64,000 nucleotides of DNA from Camelus ferus (Eukaryota). The translations under genes and the position numbers were made by a program. This document shows, piece after piece, positions 11,134-27,389 of the stretch; the stretch's first letter is position 1; every line of letters begins with the position of its first letter. The stretch spans positions 43,338,001-43,402,000 of the forward strand of contig NC_045732.1 of the NCBI RefSeq assembly GCF_009834535.1, in the 5' to 3' direction. Under the pieces are notes generated by a model. It worked only from the letters and a program-made list of their open reading frames with translations, was not told the origin of the DNA and ran no database searches.

Positions 11134-14100
11134 ATGGAAGTCAAAGGTCAGCTGATCAGCTCTCCCACCTTCAATGCCTCAGGTCGGTGTTGGGTTCCCT
11201 CTCCTGCTGCCTCCTCCCCAGCTCTGAGTCACCTCCTGTCCGCTTGGGAAGGGTTGGTCCCTGGCCCCACCGCTGCTCCAGGTTGCCCCAGTTGTGCCCC
11301 TGATCTTTGTTCCCTCTGTGTCCAGCTGCCCTGTTTGGAGAGGCTGCCCCCCAAGTGAAGTCAGAGCGGCTCCGGGGGCTGCTTGACCGGCAGCGGGCCC
11401 TGCAGGAGGCCCTGAGTCTGAAACTTCAGGAGCTACGAAAAGTGTGTCTCCAGGAGGCGGTGAGGGCCTGATCCTAAGGGTGTTGGTGTTGGGGTGAGGA
11501 GCCGGGGCGAGGTAGGCAATCAGGTGGTGATCACTGAGCCACTTGTCTGAGCTGTAGATTCTCCAAAGCTCAGCTCAGATGTCTTAGAATCAACAAAATA
11601 TGGTAATATTTTACCACAACCCCCTGTCAATAATTTAGAATCCAAAAAACCTCAAAAAAACAAACAAACAAAAAACCCTCACATAAGTTATTTCCAAAAC
11701 TTGGCAGTGAAACCTGATCTGAACTGACATAAGGTGATTTATAGTTTCGCTTTACCCCTCTTGCTGTGACTGTCCACACAGTTTGCCAGAAATAATAATG
11801 CAGTTCAGAGCATGCAGCCCAGGCCTCAAAGAGTGTCATATAATATGTAGTATAAAGATGGTGTCACCTGTATGAAAAATGAAGAAATTCCGGATTCCGA
11901 AGCAGGTCTCCCTGCTTCCCATGCCCACTGCCCCAGGGATTTGGGCCAACGAGGGGCTGAGAGTCTGTTCCATACACCCGCCCAGTGGAGTACTGGGAGG
12001 AGGAAGAGAACAGGTGTGGATGCCGAGTAGGGCTGGGGTCCTAGTAGGACTTCTGTAGATTCAGGCTGCTTTGCCACATCCTCCCCAACTAATCCTGTAG
12101 TCTCTGACATATGCCTTCGTCCACCCAGGAGCTGACTGGCCAACTGCCCCCAGAGTGCCCACTGGAGCCTGGGGAACGGCCCCAGTTGGTCCGCCGGCGG
12201 CCCCCTGCAGCCCGAGCCTACCCTCCACCACACACCAACCCAGCACACCACTCCTTGTGTCCCGCTGAGGTGAGCAGATGGGCACACAGAGCAAGATGGG
12301 GGTGGGACAGGTACAGGGGAGGAGGAGCCGGGAGGAAGCAGAGGGCAGGCTGTGTCCAGGGGAAGGAGAGGCTAAGGGAAAAAGGCACCGAGCTTGAGGG
12401 AGATGGGTTCCAGGACTGAGAGAGAGGATGCTGGTCCCTAACTGTCAGGATCGGCTTTTCACCCTTGCTCCCCCACCCCCCACCCCAAGATGCATAGGCT
12501 CAGCCCGAATCAACCCAGGCCCTGCCTCCAGTGCATCCTGGCTTTGCCACCACCTGCTTCCTATGCTTGACCATTTCTAACATTTTGGTCCCACTCGGGT
12601 GGGCCCCGCAGGAGCTGGCGCTTGAGGCCCTGGAGCGCGAGGTGTCAGTGCAGCAGCAGATTACGGCAGCTGCCCGCCGCCTGGCCTTGGCCCCCGAGCT
12701 GAATGCCGAGCAGCGCCGGCGTCGGCGCCAGGTCCAGGCAGATGCGCTGCGGAGGCTGCATGAGCTGGAGGAGCAGCTCGGGGATGTCCGGGCCCGCCTG
12801 GGCCTCCCGGTGCTCCCGCCGCTCCAGCCCCTGCCACTGTCCACCGGCGCAGTTATCACTGCCCAGGGAGTCTGCCTGGGCACACGCCTCACTCAGCTCA
12901 GCCAAGGTGAGCCAGGCCCTGTCACCCCACCAGTGAAAGCCGGAGGGTGGGCATGGTAGGGGTGGGGTGTGTGAGCAGCCAGTGAAAAGTGGGAGGGAGG
13001 TGGAACTTAAGGAATTATGATTAACTGACTCTCGGGCAAGGGTGGGGCCACTGGGAATAGGCATCAGGGAAGTGAGAGATCAAGCCCCTGGTGATCTTAG
13101 ATTTAGATAAAGGTGGATTCTTGGGAAGCAAAGGGGGTGGGGAGGAGACTGCCCAGTGGTGTAAGGGGATGGCACCCAGGCTTTGTATTGATAGGCCCGG
13201 TTCTCCCCCTTCTCACCTGTAGAGGACGTAGTTCTGCACTCAGAGAGCAGCTCCCTCTCAGAGTCTGGGGCCAGCCATGATAACGGTGAGGACCTGTCTC
13301 TCCCAAATCTGCCCATCCTTTGATGCTCAGCCCTCACCTTCCCTCTTCAGCTCTTTTGAGCCATGCCCCATCCTCCTGTGGAACCCCCATCTTCTTTGCT
13401 TCACCCTATCCTGCCCCATCAGCCCCAGTTCTCACCTCATCCTTCAGCTCCTCCTCAGCCTGTCCCGCCCTCTGCCCCCCACCCCCCGCCTCCCTAGTCC
13501 CCACCCTTTGCTTTGCCTGCAACCCTTCGGGTACCCTCTCATTGACTTCTCCCCTACTTTCTCCATTCCACCCAGAGGAGCCCCGTGGCTGCTTCCCTCT
13601 GGCTGAGCGCCCCTCACCACCCAAAGCCTGGGACCAGCTGCGGGCAGTATCTGGGGGCAGCCCTGAGCGGCGAACCCCATGGAAAGCACCCCCGTCGGAT
13701 CTTTATGGGGATCTGAAGAGCCGGCGGAACTCTGTGGCCAGCCCCACCAGGTGAGGGTGAGCCCCTGCCCTCCTTCCCCAGGAGCCAGGAGTGGAGCCTA
13801 AGCCTGGGCTGGCAGGGGGGCCCACTGGTGGTTACAGTCTCTAACCTGGACCCCCACCTGGNNNNNNNNNNNNNNNNNNNNNNNNNNNNNNNNNNNNNNN
13901 NNNNNNNNNNNNNNNNNNNNNNNNNNNNNNNNNNNNNNNNNNNNNNNNNNNNNNNNNNNNNNNNNNNNNNNNNNNNNNNNNNNNNNNNNNNNNGAGGGTG
14001 AGTTTGAGGACCAGAGGAGGGAACTAGTAGCTCTAACTGGGGGTGTCAGGGAGAGCATTATCAAAGGGTGTGGGGCATGAGAGCCTGAGCTTTGAGTCTA

Positions 14101-16211
14101 TCAGTTTTGTTCTGATTTTCTTTGTAGCTTGTATGAAAAAGCAAGAATTTTATTTCTGTTTCAGAGCTTTTGTTCATAATGCATCTTATTGCATGCTAAA
14201 GAAACAGAAGTAAAAGATTTTTTGGAATATGCAATATATGTATATGTGTGATATCACATTATAAATAAAAAATTTTAATTGACCAAAAAAGAAAAGAAAA
14301 GAAAGGCTGGGCTTTGAAAGGTGAATAGGAGCTGTCTTGGTAGAGAAGAAGGGAAGGGGGTATGGATTTTGGGGAGAAGCACCAAAGTTTGAGTCTGGGC
14401 TTTTCTGTGCACTTTGGCAAGTCATCTCCCTTCTCTGAATCTTTGTCTCCTCATTTGTGAAATGAGCATCATAATATTTGGGGAAGACACTGTAGGTGTA
14501 GTAAGTTCTGGTTAACGTGTACTGAGTACCTACCATCTGCTAGGAGTCAGTGCTTTCCTTGGTATCGGACTTATTTAATTATCACAAGATCCCGATGAGG
14601 AAGGTGCTATTGTTATTCCCATTTTAGAGATGAGGAAACTGAGGCACAGAGAGGTTAAGTAACATGTTAGTAAACTGAAGACCTGGTGTTTGAACCCAGG
14701 TTTGACTCAAGAGTCCGTGCTTTTAACCACTGTACTCTACCACTGCTTAAACAGATAACGTACCTCCTTTTTCCAGGCCGTGAATACAACAAAGTCCCCA
14801 TCCCTGTGGCACTTGCATTCTGTGAATAGAGGCTATTGGGATGATAGTTTGGGGTGGTTCATACCCATGATGGGACAGAGAGTTCCAGAAGGGTCTTGAA
14901 TTCCTGGCCTCATCGTGGAGCAGGCAGGGAGCCCGAAGAAGCACCTTAGCAGGGGATGAGGGGTCAGATGTGTTAGGAAGAGCCCTCTGCCCTCCCCTGC
15001 TAGCATTTCCTCTCCAGCCCTAAGCACACTTCCATCTCTCTTGGAGTCCCAGGCACCCCCATTTTCAACCCCTCTGCCCCCTAGTCCAGGGCAGAACCTC
15101 TGCCGCCCTTTACATACCACTCCCCAACACCTTTATACACACAGCTTCTAATCCTGGGCCCATTTGGAGGTGTGGAAGTGAAGGCTCAGAAAGAGGCAGG
15201 GTAGGGAGGGCACTTATCCCATCTGCCTGATATTTCTGACCTGTCTCCTTTCACCCCCACCTCTGTGCCCCCAGACCCGAAGGCCTCCATTCTCGCCAGT
15301 GGTCCGGCAGCCAGGACTCCCAGATGGGCTTCCCCCGGGCTGACCCTGTCTCCGACCGCGCCTCCCTCTTCGCTGCTCGCACCCGCCGCAGCAATAGCTC
15401 CGAGGCCCTGCTGGTGGACCGGGCGGCTGGTGGGGGAGCTGGCTCCCCACCTGCGCCTCTGGTGCCCCCTGCCGCTGGGCCCCCGGTCTGCAAGAGCAGT
15501 GAGGTGCTGTACGAGCGCCCGCAACCCACCCCTGCCTTCTCCTCCCGTACAGCTGGCCCCCCAGACCCTCCCCGGGCTGCCCGGCCTAGCTCAGCCGCCC
15601 CCGCCTCTCGCGGGGCCCCCCGCCTCCCACCTGTGTGCGGGGACTTCCTCTTGGACTATTCCCTGGACCGGGGCCTGCCCCGCGGTGGCGGCGGGACCGG
15701 CTGGGGGGAGCTGCTGCCCACAGCCGAGGTCCCAGGACCCCTCTCCCGCCGGGATGGGCTCCTCGCCATGCTCCCAGGCCCACCACCTGTGTACGCAGCT
15801 GACGGCAGCAGCCCCCTTCTCCGCAGCAAGGACCCCCACAGCCGTGCCGCCCGCACCAAGCCCTGTGGCCTGCCCCTGGAGGCTGCCGAGGGTCCGGAGG
15901 TGCATCCCAACCCCCTGCTGTGGATGCCCCCTCCCGCCCGTCTTCCCCCGGCTGCTGAGCGCAGCGGCCACAAGAACCTGGCCCTGGAGGGGCTGCGGGA
16001 CTGGTACATCCGGAACTCGGGACTGGCCGCGGGGCCCCAGCGCCGGCCTGTGCTCCCCGCCATGGGCCCGCAGCACCCACCCTTCCTCCATGCTCGCTGC
16101 TATGAGGTGGGCCAGGCGCTGTACGGGGCCCCCAGCCAGGCGCCGCTCCCACACTCAAGGAGTTTCACGGCGCCCCCTGTCTCCGGCAGGTATGGGGGGT
16201 GCTTTTACTGA
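11134..16211 (+). CDS. CCDC120: Coiled-coil domain-containing protein 120 (multi-exon; isoform ending ...SGRYGGCFY)
   Basis: Exons with GT/AG and consistent phase: 11134-11182 (MEVKGQLISSPTFNAS), 11326-11459, 12129-12269 (ELTGQLPPECPLEPGE), 12612-12906, 13223-13285, 13576-13750, one exon presumably inside N-gap 13862-13993, and 15275-16211 (TGA). The visible 1794 nt plus a 99-nt gap exon would give 630 aa, matching the human length as I recall it. Confidence 0.96.
14096..14301 (+). mobile_element. Short poly(A)-tailed retro-insertion (probable mRNA 3' UTR fragment)
   Basis: AT-rich island with AATAAA at 14264-14269, an A/GAAAA tail and a 13/16-identical flanking direct repeat (14080-14095; 14302-14317). 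Confidence 0.6.
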
Positions 16212-16688
16212 CGGGTAGGGGTCTCTTGAGGCAGTTAGTCAAGGTGTCCAGGCCACGGGGGCCGCTGGTCATGATCGCAAATGACATGGACCACAGGAGA
16301 ACTAGCCGCAGCCTTGGCCTGGGGACACGGGGCCCTGCCTGACCCGCATTAGTCCGTGGGGTCTCCGCGGAGGGGTGTCTTGGGCCCTGGTAGGAGCAGT
16401 TCTTCACCACGCTATGTTAGGATTTTAGCATTTGAACAACCAGTGCATGTCAGCTGAAAATGAGCCTTGAAACCAGGGTGCTGGGAGGAAGGGACGTCCT
16501 ATGGCCCTCGCCTGTCTCTTCCTACTTTCACCGTGTCCCCTGCTCGTGAGCCTAAAGGTGCTGTCCTGTGCCTGCCTCCACCTCTTTAACGAGCCTCTTT
16601 TCCTCTCTCTTTCTGTGTCTTGTCCGTCTTTTCCTCTCTCCTCTGTCTTCCTACCCTGTCCTCCGGATTCCTGCTACCCCTTCCAAAG

Positions 16689-16803
16689 ATACTACGCGGA
16701 CTTCCTGTACCCCCCGGAGCTGAGCGCTCGTTTAAGTGACCTGACGCTAGAGGGGGAGCAGTCCTCTGGTTCTGACCCCCAGACCCCGGGGACACTGGTC
16801 TGA
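16689..16803 (+). CDS. CCDC120: Alternative terminal coding exon of CCDC120 (R-YYADFLYPPELSARLSDLTLEGEQSSGSDPQTPGTLV*)
   Basis: Internal donor CAG|GTATGG after 16189 (phase 2) joins acceptor AAAG|A at 16689 in frame; TGA ends at 16803. The peptide matches an alternative human CCDC120 C-terminus as I recall it. Confidence 0.8.
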
Positions 16804-17800
16804 CCCCTTCTGAAATGCCCCTTCTTGGCCTGGGCATGACTCCAGTCTGGGGAGCACACAGCTGACCTCGCTGAGCCCTGGGGTGTGGTTGCTCTTGGTC
16901 CTGGGGGGCACCAACCTGATCTTCCAAGGTCCCTGGCTCCCCATGGGCCCACGAAGGTGTCTGACACCCTGCCTCTCCTCTTGTACTGTTCTGGGGACTG
17001 GGGGTCCTCAGCCAGCTTAAAAGAGGGGATGATGTCATGGGGACTCCAAGCCCCTTCCTCCATTTCTGTTTACAGTTGTGATTTAGGTATTCACTGTCTT
17101 CCCCCAACACTAGACGTTTTATAAAAAGAGAAACTGTGATCTCGTCCTGGTTGGGTTCATTCCTGTCCCCGTGCCCAGCCTGTTCCATTCAGGAACCCTC
17201 TCCACAAAATGGACCATATAGGGTCTCGGGGCCATTTGGGGCAGCCAGGAGACTCTGGTGTGAACAGAACTTCCTGCCACCCCTTACCGGGGCAGTTTTT
17301 CTTGGGGAGGTGGGCTCTCTGCCCACATTTGATAGGACTGAAGTCTGGTGGTGGGGGACTTGGATTCATTTCGCCACCCCCCAGGGGTGCCTGCAGGAAC
17401 CCCAGTCCCTGTCTGCCTGTCTGTGCCCACTGCCTCTGCCTGGCCCAGCCTTTAGCGGCAGCCTCTGCCCCAACTACCCCCAATCTGCAGGAGGGCCAAC
17501 AGGCAGAGCCGCTGGGTGTGTTGTGTCCTGGGATGCTGCGGTGGTGGAACTTGGCATCTGGTAGATGCCAATGAAATCCTCAGGTGACGTCTGGCCACAG
17601 GCTACGTCACGTCTTCCTTGGTTTTCCTTCCACCCACCACTTTTTAAACAAATCCACACAAGCTGTGTTTTCTATGATACCTGTCTGTGACTTTCTGGAG
17701 CTGGGGGTTCCCCTACCCCCTTTACCTGGTGTTAAACTTTTCTTTTTGTACCAATGGATCTGGGCCCAAGACACTACCCACACTGGAAGGGGATTTCTAT

Positions 17801-17806
17801 AATAAA
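17801..17806 (+). terminator. Polyadenylation signal, CCDC120
   Basis: AATAAA downstream of both stop codons, followed by T/GT-rich sequence. Confidence 0.6.
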
Positions 17807-18117
17807 TGTGTAAACTGAACCCATGCATTGCTTCCCTATCTGCTTTGCCTTGGGGGCCCACATCTTCAGCTAAGACCAATGTATTTTTATCAGAAAAAAA
17901 AATACATAGCACCGTGGAACCAGCCTGTGATAATGTCATCCACTTTGGTTTTACTTGCTTTGTGATGTGAGGCAACTTCTTTGCCTGTGCTGATTTCCTA
18001 GCCAACTCTCAACAAGCGTCCTTAGTAATACGAATGATGACAGGAAACGCTAAGTGCCTTTAACTACCTTGTATGTTAATGCTGCCCTAAAGGTAACAGT
18101 CAAGACAAGAACTGGGG

Positions 18118-18213
18118 AGGGGGTGTGGTTTAATAGCTCAGTGGTAGGACATGTGATCTGCATGCATGAGGTCCTAGGTTCAATCCCCAGTACCGCCATT
18201 AAAAAAAAAAAAA
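18118..18213 (+). mobile_element. tRNA-Ala-derived SINE between the CCDC120 and PRAF2 3' ends
   Basis: TAGCTCAGTGG...GGTTCAATCCCCAGTACC followed by an A-run. Confidence 0.85.
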
Positions 18214-18343
18214 AGGAACTGAGTTCAGCCCACAGATTTAACAGAGTCAGAAAGTCTAGCAGAACTGAAAAGCAGGTCACTTCTGGCCATTGAAACAGAC
18301 TTTACCCAGGAGGCCCAAATTGGCATTGAGCAATGCAACAGCC

Positions 18344-18349
18344 TTTATT
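18344..18349 (-). terminator. Polyadenylation signal, PRAF2
   Basis: TTTATT on + (AATAAA on -), ~660 bp past the PRAF2 stop. Confidence 0.6.
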
Positions 18350-19002
18350 GTTGCAGCAACACTGATAATATTTGCTCCATTCCTGGTCAGGGCTACCCCC
18401 ACCCCACCCCATTCCCACCCCTTGGTCCTTGCCACTGTGGAACTTTGTGGCGGGAGGAGTGGCAGAATCCCTAAGAGCTGGAAGAAGGCAAGTGGGACTG
18501 GTGAGTGTTGGGGTTAACTGGGACCAAGGGTCCAACAGGATCAGGATACTTGAATTCTCTACCCAGATGGGGACTGGGAACACTTGGATCCTGGGTTCAA
18601 GATTTGGCAATGCCTTGACCTGGGTTCAAAGCTGGGGTGGGGTCTAGAAAAGCCTTGGTCCAGGGTTCAATATTTGAGAATGCCTTGGTCCCAGTCCCCA
18701 GCTTTGGGGCTGAGCACGGGAGACAGGTGGGTCCCAGACTGGAGTCAGGGGAGTGTTTCTGGGTGCAGAGTTTGAGGTTGGCCTCAATGCTCTGGTCTCT
18801 AAGCCCCAGTTTTAGGCTGGATGTGTCTCTGGGTCCCAAGTTAAGGGCTGGAAAGACTGGTTCCCTAAGATGGGGGGCTGGGTATGAGGGGAATATCCCA
18901 GTCTGGGACCTGGGGGAAGGGCTGCGAAAGGTCTCTGGGTCCTGGATGCGGGCCGGGGTGGGGGGTGGCATTCTCCATGTCTTGGGTACAGATCCTAGGC
19001 CT

Positions 19003-21123
19003 CTAGGATCCAGCCTCCTGCTCTTGTCCCAGCGCCTCCAGTAGCAGCCCCATTGGCGTTCGCTTGAGACCAATGCTCTCGATCTTGTTCTCAATCTTGT
19101 TCTTGAGGTTGCGCAGGCGCAGTGATGCGTGCACCAGGATCACTGTGGGCAATACGAGAGGTGTGGGGTCAGTGGGAATGGAACATCAGCCTTTAGCTAA
19201 CCGGGGCCCACAGAAGGGAACTGGAGTCAGTGGCTAGGACGCCTCTGAATCCTAAAAGTGACGGAGGAATGCGCTTCGCAACAGGGGCGTGGCTGTGAGG
19301 TGTCGCACGGTAACGGGGACGTGGCCAGTGGAAGGCACTTCAGACCAGCCGTGACGCCCAGAAAGGCGGTAGTAAAGAGGGGCGTTCCCAGAGGGGAGGA
19401 GGGAGCAAAGCCAAGGAAGGCTCTTTGTAAAGAAGGTGAGGCCACGCCCGCCGGGTGTCCTAGCCCCTTCTCAGCGCAGGAATCAGAGTAGGGCGGGCCT
19501 GGCGCCGAGCGCAATTGTTGGCCGTTTTCCCGGCTATCTCAGGGTGTGGAGACTCACGAAGCACTGGCCCGGCGATGCTGAGGAGGAAGGTGCAAGCGCC
19601 GCCCACGGCCCAGAGAACGAGGAGGCCGACAGCAAGCACTGCGGCCAGGCAGGCGGCTGGGTGGCTGCGACGGCAGCGGCGCACGGCTGCGCGAGTCTCA
19701 GCCGCCCACACCAGCACGCCAAGTGCCACCGCCACCACCAGTGCGCTTAGGAGGGTGTGCAGCGGGCGCATGTACCTGCGGGGACAATGGAACTAAGCTA
19801 GCCGGGCAGGCGGGAAGAGGGCCGCCCGGCCTCCAAGCCTCCCAGACCACCGTCCACCGATCCCGGGCCCCAAGAGCTTTGGTTCCCCACACTTAACCCC
19901 ACGCCCGCTCCGGATCCTCCAACCGGGCAAATACTCCCGCCAGCCCTGTCTCTAACGGGTCCACCCTCCAGGACCTCCAATTCCTAGGCGCTCTGGGCTC
20001 CCCTCTGCAGACCCTCATTTCTTTGTCAATCTTGCAGTCCCATCTTCCTGAAATCTCCTGCTTCAGGCCCTCTCATCCGCTAGGCCCCTGGGCTCCCAGT
20101 CTTCCCTGCTCTTTCCTTCTGACCATACCCCCACAGGGCCCATTCCAGCCCGCCTCCCTCATCCCAACCTTCCCCCAAACCCACCCTTTACAGAGGCCAG
20201 GCCCTTGAAAATTCCTCTTCCAGGCCTTCCATCTCCATACATTTCCCTCTCCCCAGGCCCAGTCATAAGACCCCTTTTCCAGACTTCCTCCCCTTCAAAT
20301 TCCCCCTCCAGGTTCCCATTTCCCAATAGAATCTAACCTCCATTGCTAGAACCCTTTCCAGGCTTTCAGTCTCACTCTTATCTTCCAATCCTGCCCAAGT
20401 CCCTCCTCCACGTTCTCCATCTCTCCCTGGTCTCAGGATTTCCATCCCGGGGTCCTCCCTCTTGGCTCAAGTTCCCCAACATGTACCTGTTCCTAGAGCA
20501 TTCCAATTATAGCCAGGCTCCTCTCTAAGCCCCGATCCTCCACAAGTCCACCCTTCAACTTGACCACGTCCCTGTCCCTGCCCTAAATCCTCCAGGGCCT
20601 CCTTAATCTGGCCCCATCACCCCTCAGGCACACTCATGTCCCACTTTCTGGCCCTCCCTATCTTCAAGTCCACCTCCCAGCGCAGTTTCCCCTTCAGTTC
20701 CACCCTCTTCTCCATTCTCCCCCGGTCTTCCCTCCAGACCCTCTATCCCCATCAGCCCCCCTCAGCTAGGCTCTATCCCGCCCCAGTCCCTTCTTATAAA
20801 CAGGTTCCACTTCCTTCAAGTTCTCCCTCCCATGACCCTTAGATTTTCCATCCCTACCGAATTCGCCCTTCCAGGCTTAGCATCCCCCTCAAAATCCAGC
20901 AGGCGTCCCCGGCCAACTGGCGCCTCCCTCCCTCCCTCCCTCACCCGGCCAGAGCGAGACCGAGGCCGAAGCAGATAAGGTAGTTGGTTTGGTAGTAGAG
21001 GAGGTTGTTGATGACGCGGTGGCACCATCGCTGCGGGTCGCAGGGATCCGGGGCCGCCAGCCGCGCCGACCCCAGAATGAAGTCGTCCAAGGCGCGTAAC
21101 GGTGGCAGCCGCACCTCCGACAT
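19003..21123 (-). CDS. PRAF2: PRA1 family protein 2 (JM4), 178 aa
   Basis: Exons 21123-20945 ([15 protein letters not shown]...[10 protein letters not shown]), 19775-19558 and 19142-19003 (...[11 protein letters not shown]). 179+218+140=537 nt, canonical splice sites. Confidence 0.97.
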
Positions 21124-21129
21124 CCTGCC

Positions 21130-21450
21130 GGTCGATGTAGCTGGACCAGCCAGAGGAGCGGAGGGACTACAACACCCGTTCCACCCTGCGCCACCGCGGA
21201 GCACACCGGGAAGTGGAGTTTGAGCTGTGCCACCGCTATCCCAGGGACCTAGTGGACTGCGCAGGTGCAACAATGCACATGACCGGAAATACAGTGCAAA
21301 CACCACGCCGGAACTGTAAAGTAGCAGGGGCTGCCGGGAAATTACGTCTTCGCCGCGAGGCGAGGCGTTCCCATCCACCCCCAGACGGGGGCGCCACAGG
21401 GCACGGTTCTGGGCGGTGCTGGCGGCTCAAGCACACTGTAGCCACACATT
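21130..21450 (-). promoter_or_regulatory. PRAF2: PRAF2 CpG-island promoter
   Basis: CpG-rich. ACTACAACACCC (ZNF143-like) at 21166-21177 and several CCGGAA/CGGGAA ETS-like cores directly upstream of the ATG. Confidence 0.65.
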
Positions 21451-21617
21451 AAAGGACATGCAGAGGCTGTCTGAGAAGGACCCGAGCATGATCCCACTTC
21501 TTTCCCGTCAGGGTCCAAGAGGGTCACGCCTTTCCTGGAAACTCCTGCAGCGCCTTTTCACTGCAACTCCTCCGGGCCCCACTCCCGAGGTCCAGCCAAA
21601 AATACTATTAAGGGCCT

Positions 21618-21623
21618 TTTATT
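21618..21623 (-). terminator. Polyadenylation signal, WDR45
   Basis: TTTATT on +, ~335 bp past the WDR45 stop. Confidence 0.6.
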
Positions 21624-21954
21624 CATATTCGTCACATCAGAGATCGTCTCTTTCCGGGAAGTTTTTAAATCCCCACAGGTTGGATTAGGGCACCCCTTCT
21701 GGGTCCCTAGCAGTCGTCTCTAGGCTGGGAGCCCCAGGGGGTCAGCTGCCTCTATGAGTTCCTGGCCTGGCCCTGTGGGCACACAGTCATCAAGAAGTGC
21801 TTGGAAGAAATGAGCTGTTTAGGCGTTGCTCTTAAGAGTGGAAAGTGGACACCTGCTCCATTGCTTGCAGGCTGGTGGCTTCCACAGCACTCCCACCCCA
21901 TACAAAGGCTTTGCAATCTGCCACTACAGGTCCCTAGTACAACCCACAGGGTCC

Positions 21955-25278
<3,324 letters not shown>

Positions 25279-26699
25279 GGTCCAGGATTGCTTCCCTGGA
25301 CACAAATTGGGGTAGGGTTGGGAAGAGTCCTGGGGTCTGTTTTCTGAGTCCTAGAACTCCTGTCCCCAACTGATTTCTTCTTCCTCCTCCCACTCTGCTA
25401 TCCAACCCCAGGAGAACTGCAAAGAAGACAAAACCAGGGGGAGAACCCTGGGGTCTCCGCTCTAAGCTCCCAAGACCCCAAAGAGCATGGCCAGGAACAT
25501 CCTCATTTTCTCATACTTGGTTGACCCCAGCTCTCTGGGCCTATCCTGACCTGGCCCGGCCCCCCTCCTTAACCCCTAGTCCTGACTGACTGCTCATCAG
25601 GAAATAATGGGGTAGGGGCTATCCCAGTGATATCTATTCTGTATCCCCAGCCAATCCTGGCCCCAAGTGCCTGACATTGCCTGGAACCACTCCCTACCCA
25701 CTTCTCATCTTCACACCTGAACCTAGCACCTAACTCTGCCTCTCAGTAAATGGGGAAAGGGGGTTAGGACATCTACCTTTTCCTGCATCTCCCTGACCTG
25801 GCCCTGACACCTGCTACGGTTGGTGCACCACCCAAAGGAACTCCCCTCCTCATGTCCTTCAACCCCAACCTATTCTACCACTCCAGAGCCCTCCCACACC
25901 TTTCTTCCTCACAGGCTTCCCCAAACACTTTCAGGATCCTATTCCTACCTCCGGAGGACTCCTCATGACATGCTAACTTCTGCCCAACCACGGCCAACTT
26001 GGACATTCCCCCAGATCCCCTTATGACCTAAAGACCCTCCTACCTCAGGATTCCCTTATAACTCCAAATTCCTTTCCATGCGTGCATTCTGCTGTCCCTG
26101 ACTCTGACAATGGGTGGGCTTGGACCTACCCCCAGTAACTGCATCCCCCTAAGATTCCTCCTCCAGACCCTCTATCCTCTCCCCAAGACCCTGCCCCAGG
26201 TCACCTTTACTTCCTCAAGATCCTTGCCCAGGATACAGACTTCCCCAATCCCCTACCTGGGACAACTCAACCACCCCCCAAGTCGCCTGCCCTGGAGCCC
26301 CCAAACTCCCTTCAAACCTTCATCTCCCCCAAAACTTTGCCCGGGCACACCCTTTCCATCCTCCAAACCTCCTTTCCCCTCTGTACCACTTCCACTGGAC
26401 CTCCTCGTCCCCCAGAGACCCATTCTTTGGACAGCCCCACCTTCCAAGATCCCTTTTTTTTGGGATCCGCCCCCATTCCAAAGACCTGTTCCACCCAAGA
26501 ACCCTGCCCCGGGATGCCTCACACACCGCTCCCCCCCTTACGTCCAAGACCACGCTCATTATACACCTTCCAACGCCAGCACCTACTCAAGAGCCCTGTC
26601 CTAGATACCCAGATACCTAGATATCCACCATACACCAAGACACCCTGCTCAAAAGACCCCTCCCTCCCTACCCCAGACCCCAACCAGTTCTGGGACTAT

Positions 26700-27150
26700 G
26701 TCCCAGGTCCCTGCCGCCTGCACTGACCTGACCTCGGCGTGTCCCCAATCCTGGCCCCAGCTCTCGGTGCCGCCTGCGGCCCGGTTTTCTGACCTCCCGG
26801 GCCTTGACGCCCGGCTCCGGTGTTTACATCAGTCCTCACTTCCGGGGGAGGGAGTCTGTGACCGGAAATGGCTCACCCTGGCCGGAAAACACGGCCGCGG
26901 TCCTTCTAGCCCAGCTTCTGGGTTGTTGGAGGAAAGCGAGCGACCGTGACGTCTTCGCAGGAGGGCGCGGGGAGCGGGGGACGCTCCGGAAGGGCATGAC
27001 TGAGGGAACCAAGGACGAGTGGGCGAGAGACAGCCTTCCCCTTGCTGAGCGGAAAAGGGAGGGCCGAGAATTCCTCAACTCGGTCCTGTTCGGAGAGCTA
27101 GAGGCGTTACCTTCTGGGCTAACAAGACTTGGACCTCCGAGGTGGGCTAG
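26700..27150 (-). promoter_or_regulatory. WDR45: WDR45 CpG promoter / non-coding exon 1
   Basis: CpG-rich, with ETS cores (CACTTCCGG, CCGGAAAT) and GTGACGTC (CRE-like). Donor-like GAG|GTCAGG on - at about 26733. Confidence 0.65.
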
Positions 27151-27389
27151 AAGGGCCACCCCTAGTAGCTATTTATAATCTTCCCAGATTTCTAGGTAGG
27201 GGTGACCAGGGAGCCTTGAGGCGGGGGCGAGCCTGGAGACCTTCAAAGCGAAGTCTCTCCCTTTAGCCAGGGGAAGACATGATAGGAGTCCCCACCCAGC
27301 CCCGCCATGTTTTAGTTACAAAATGAATAATGTTTTTTGATGGCAAGAGGTATCTAGAGATTCACTGTGGGGGACGGGGAAGATCCCAA

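Noticed and set aside
15265-16218. 317-aa + ORF and antisense ORFs over the CCDC120 last exon
   Set aside because: Alternative frames of a GC-rich exon; the CCDC120 frame explains the region.
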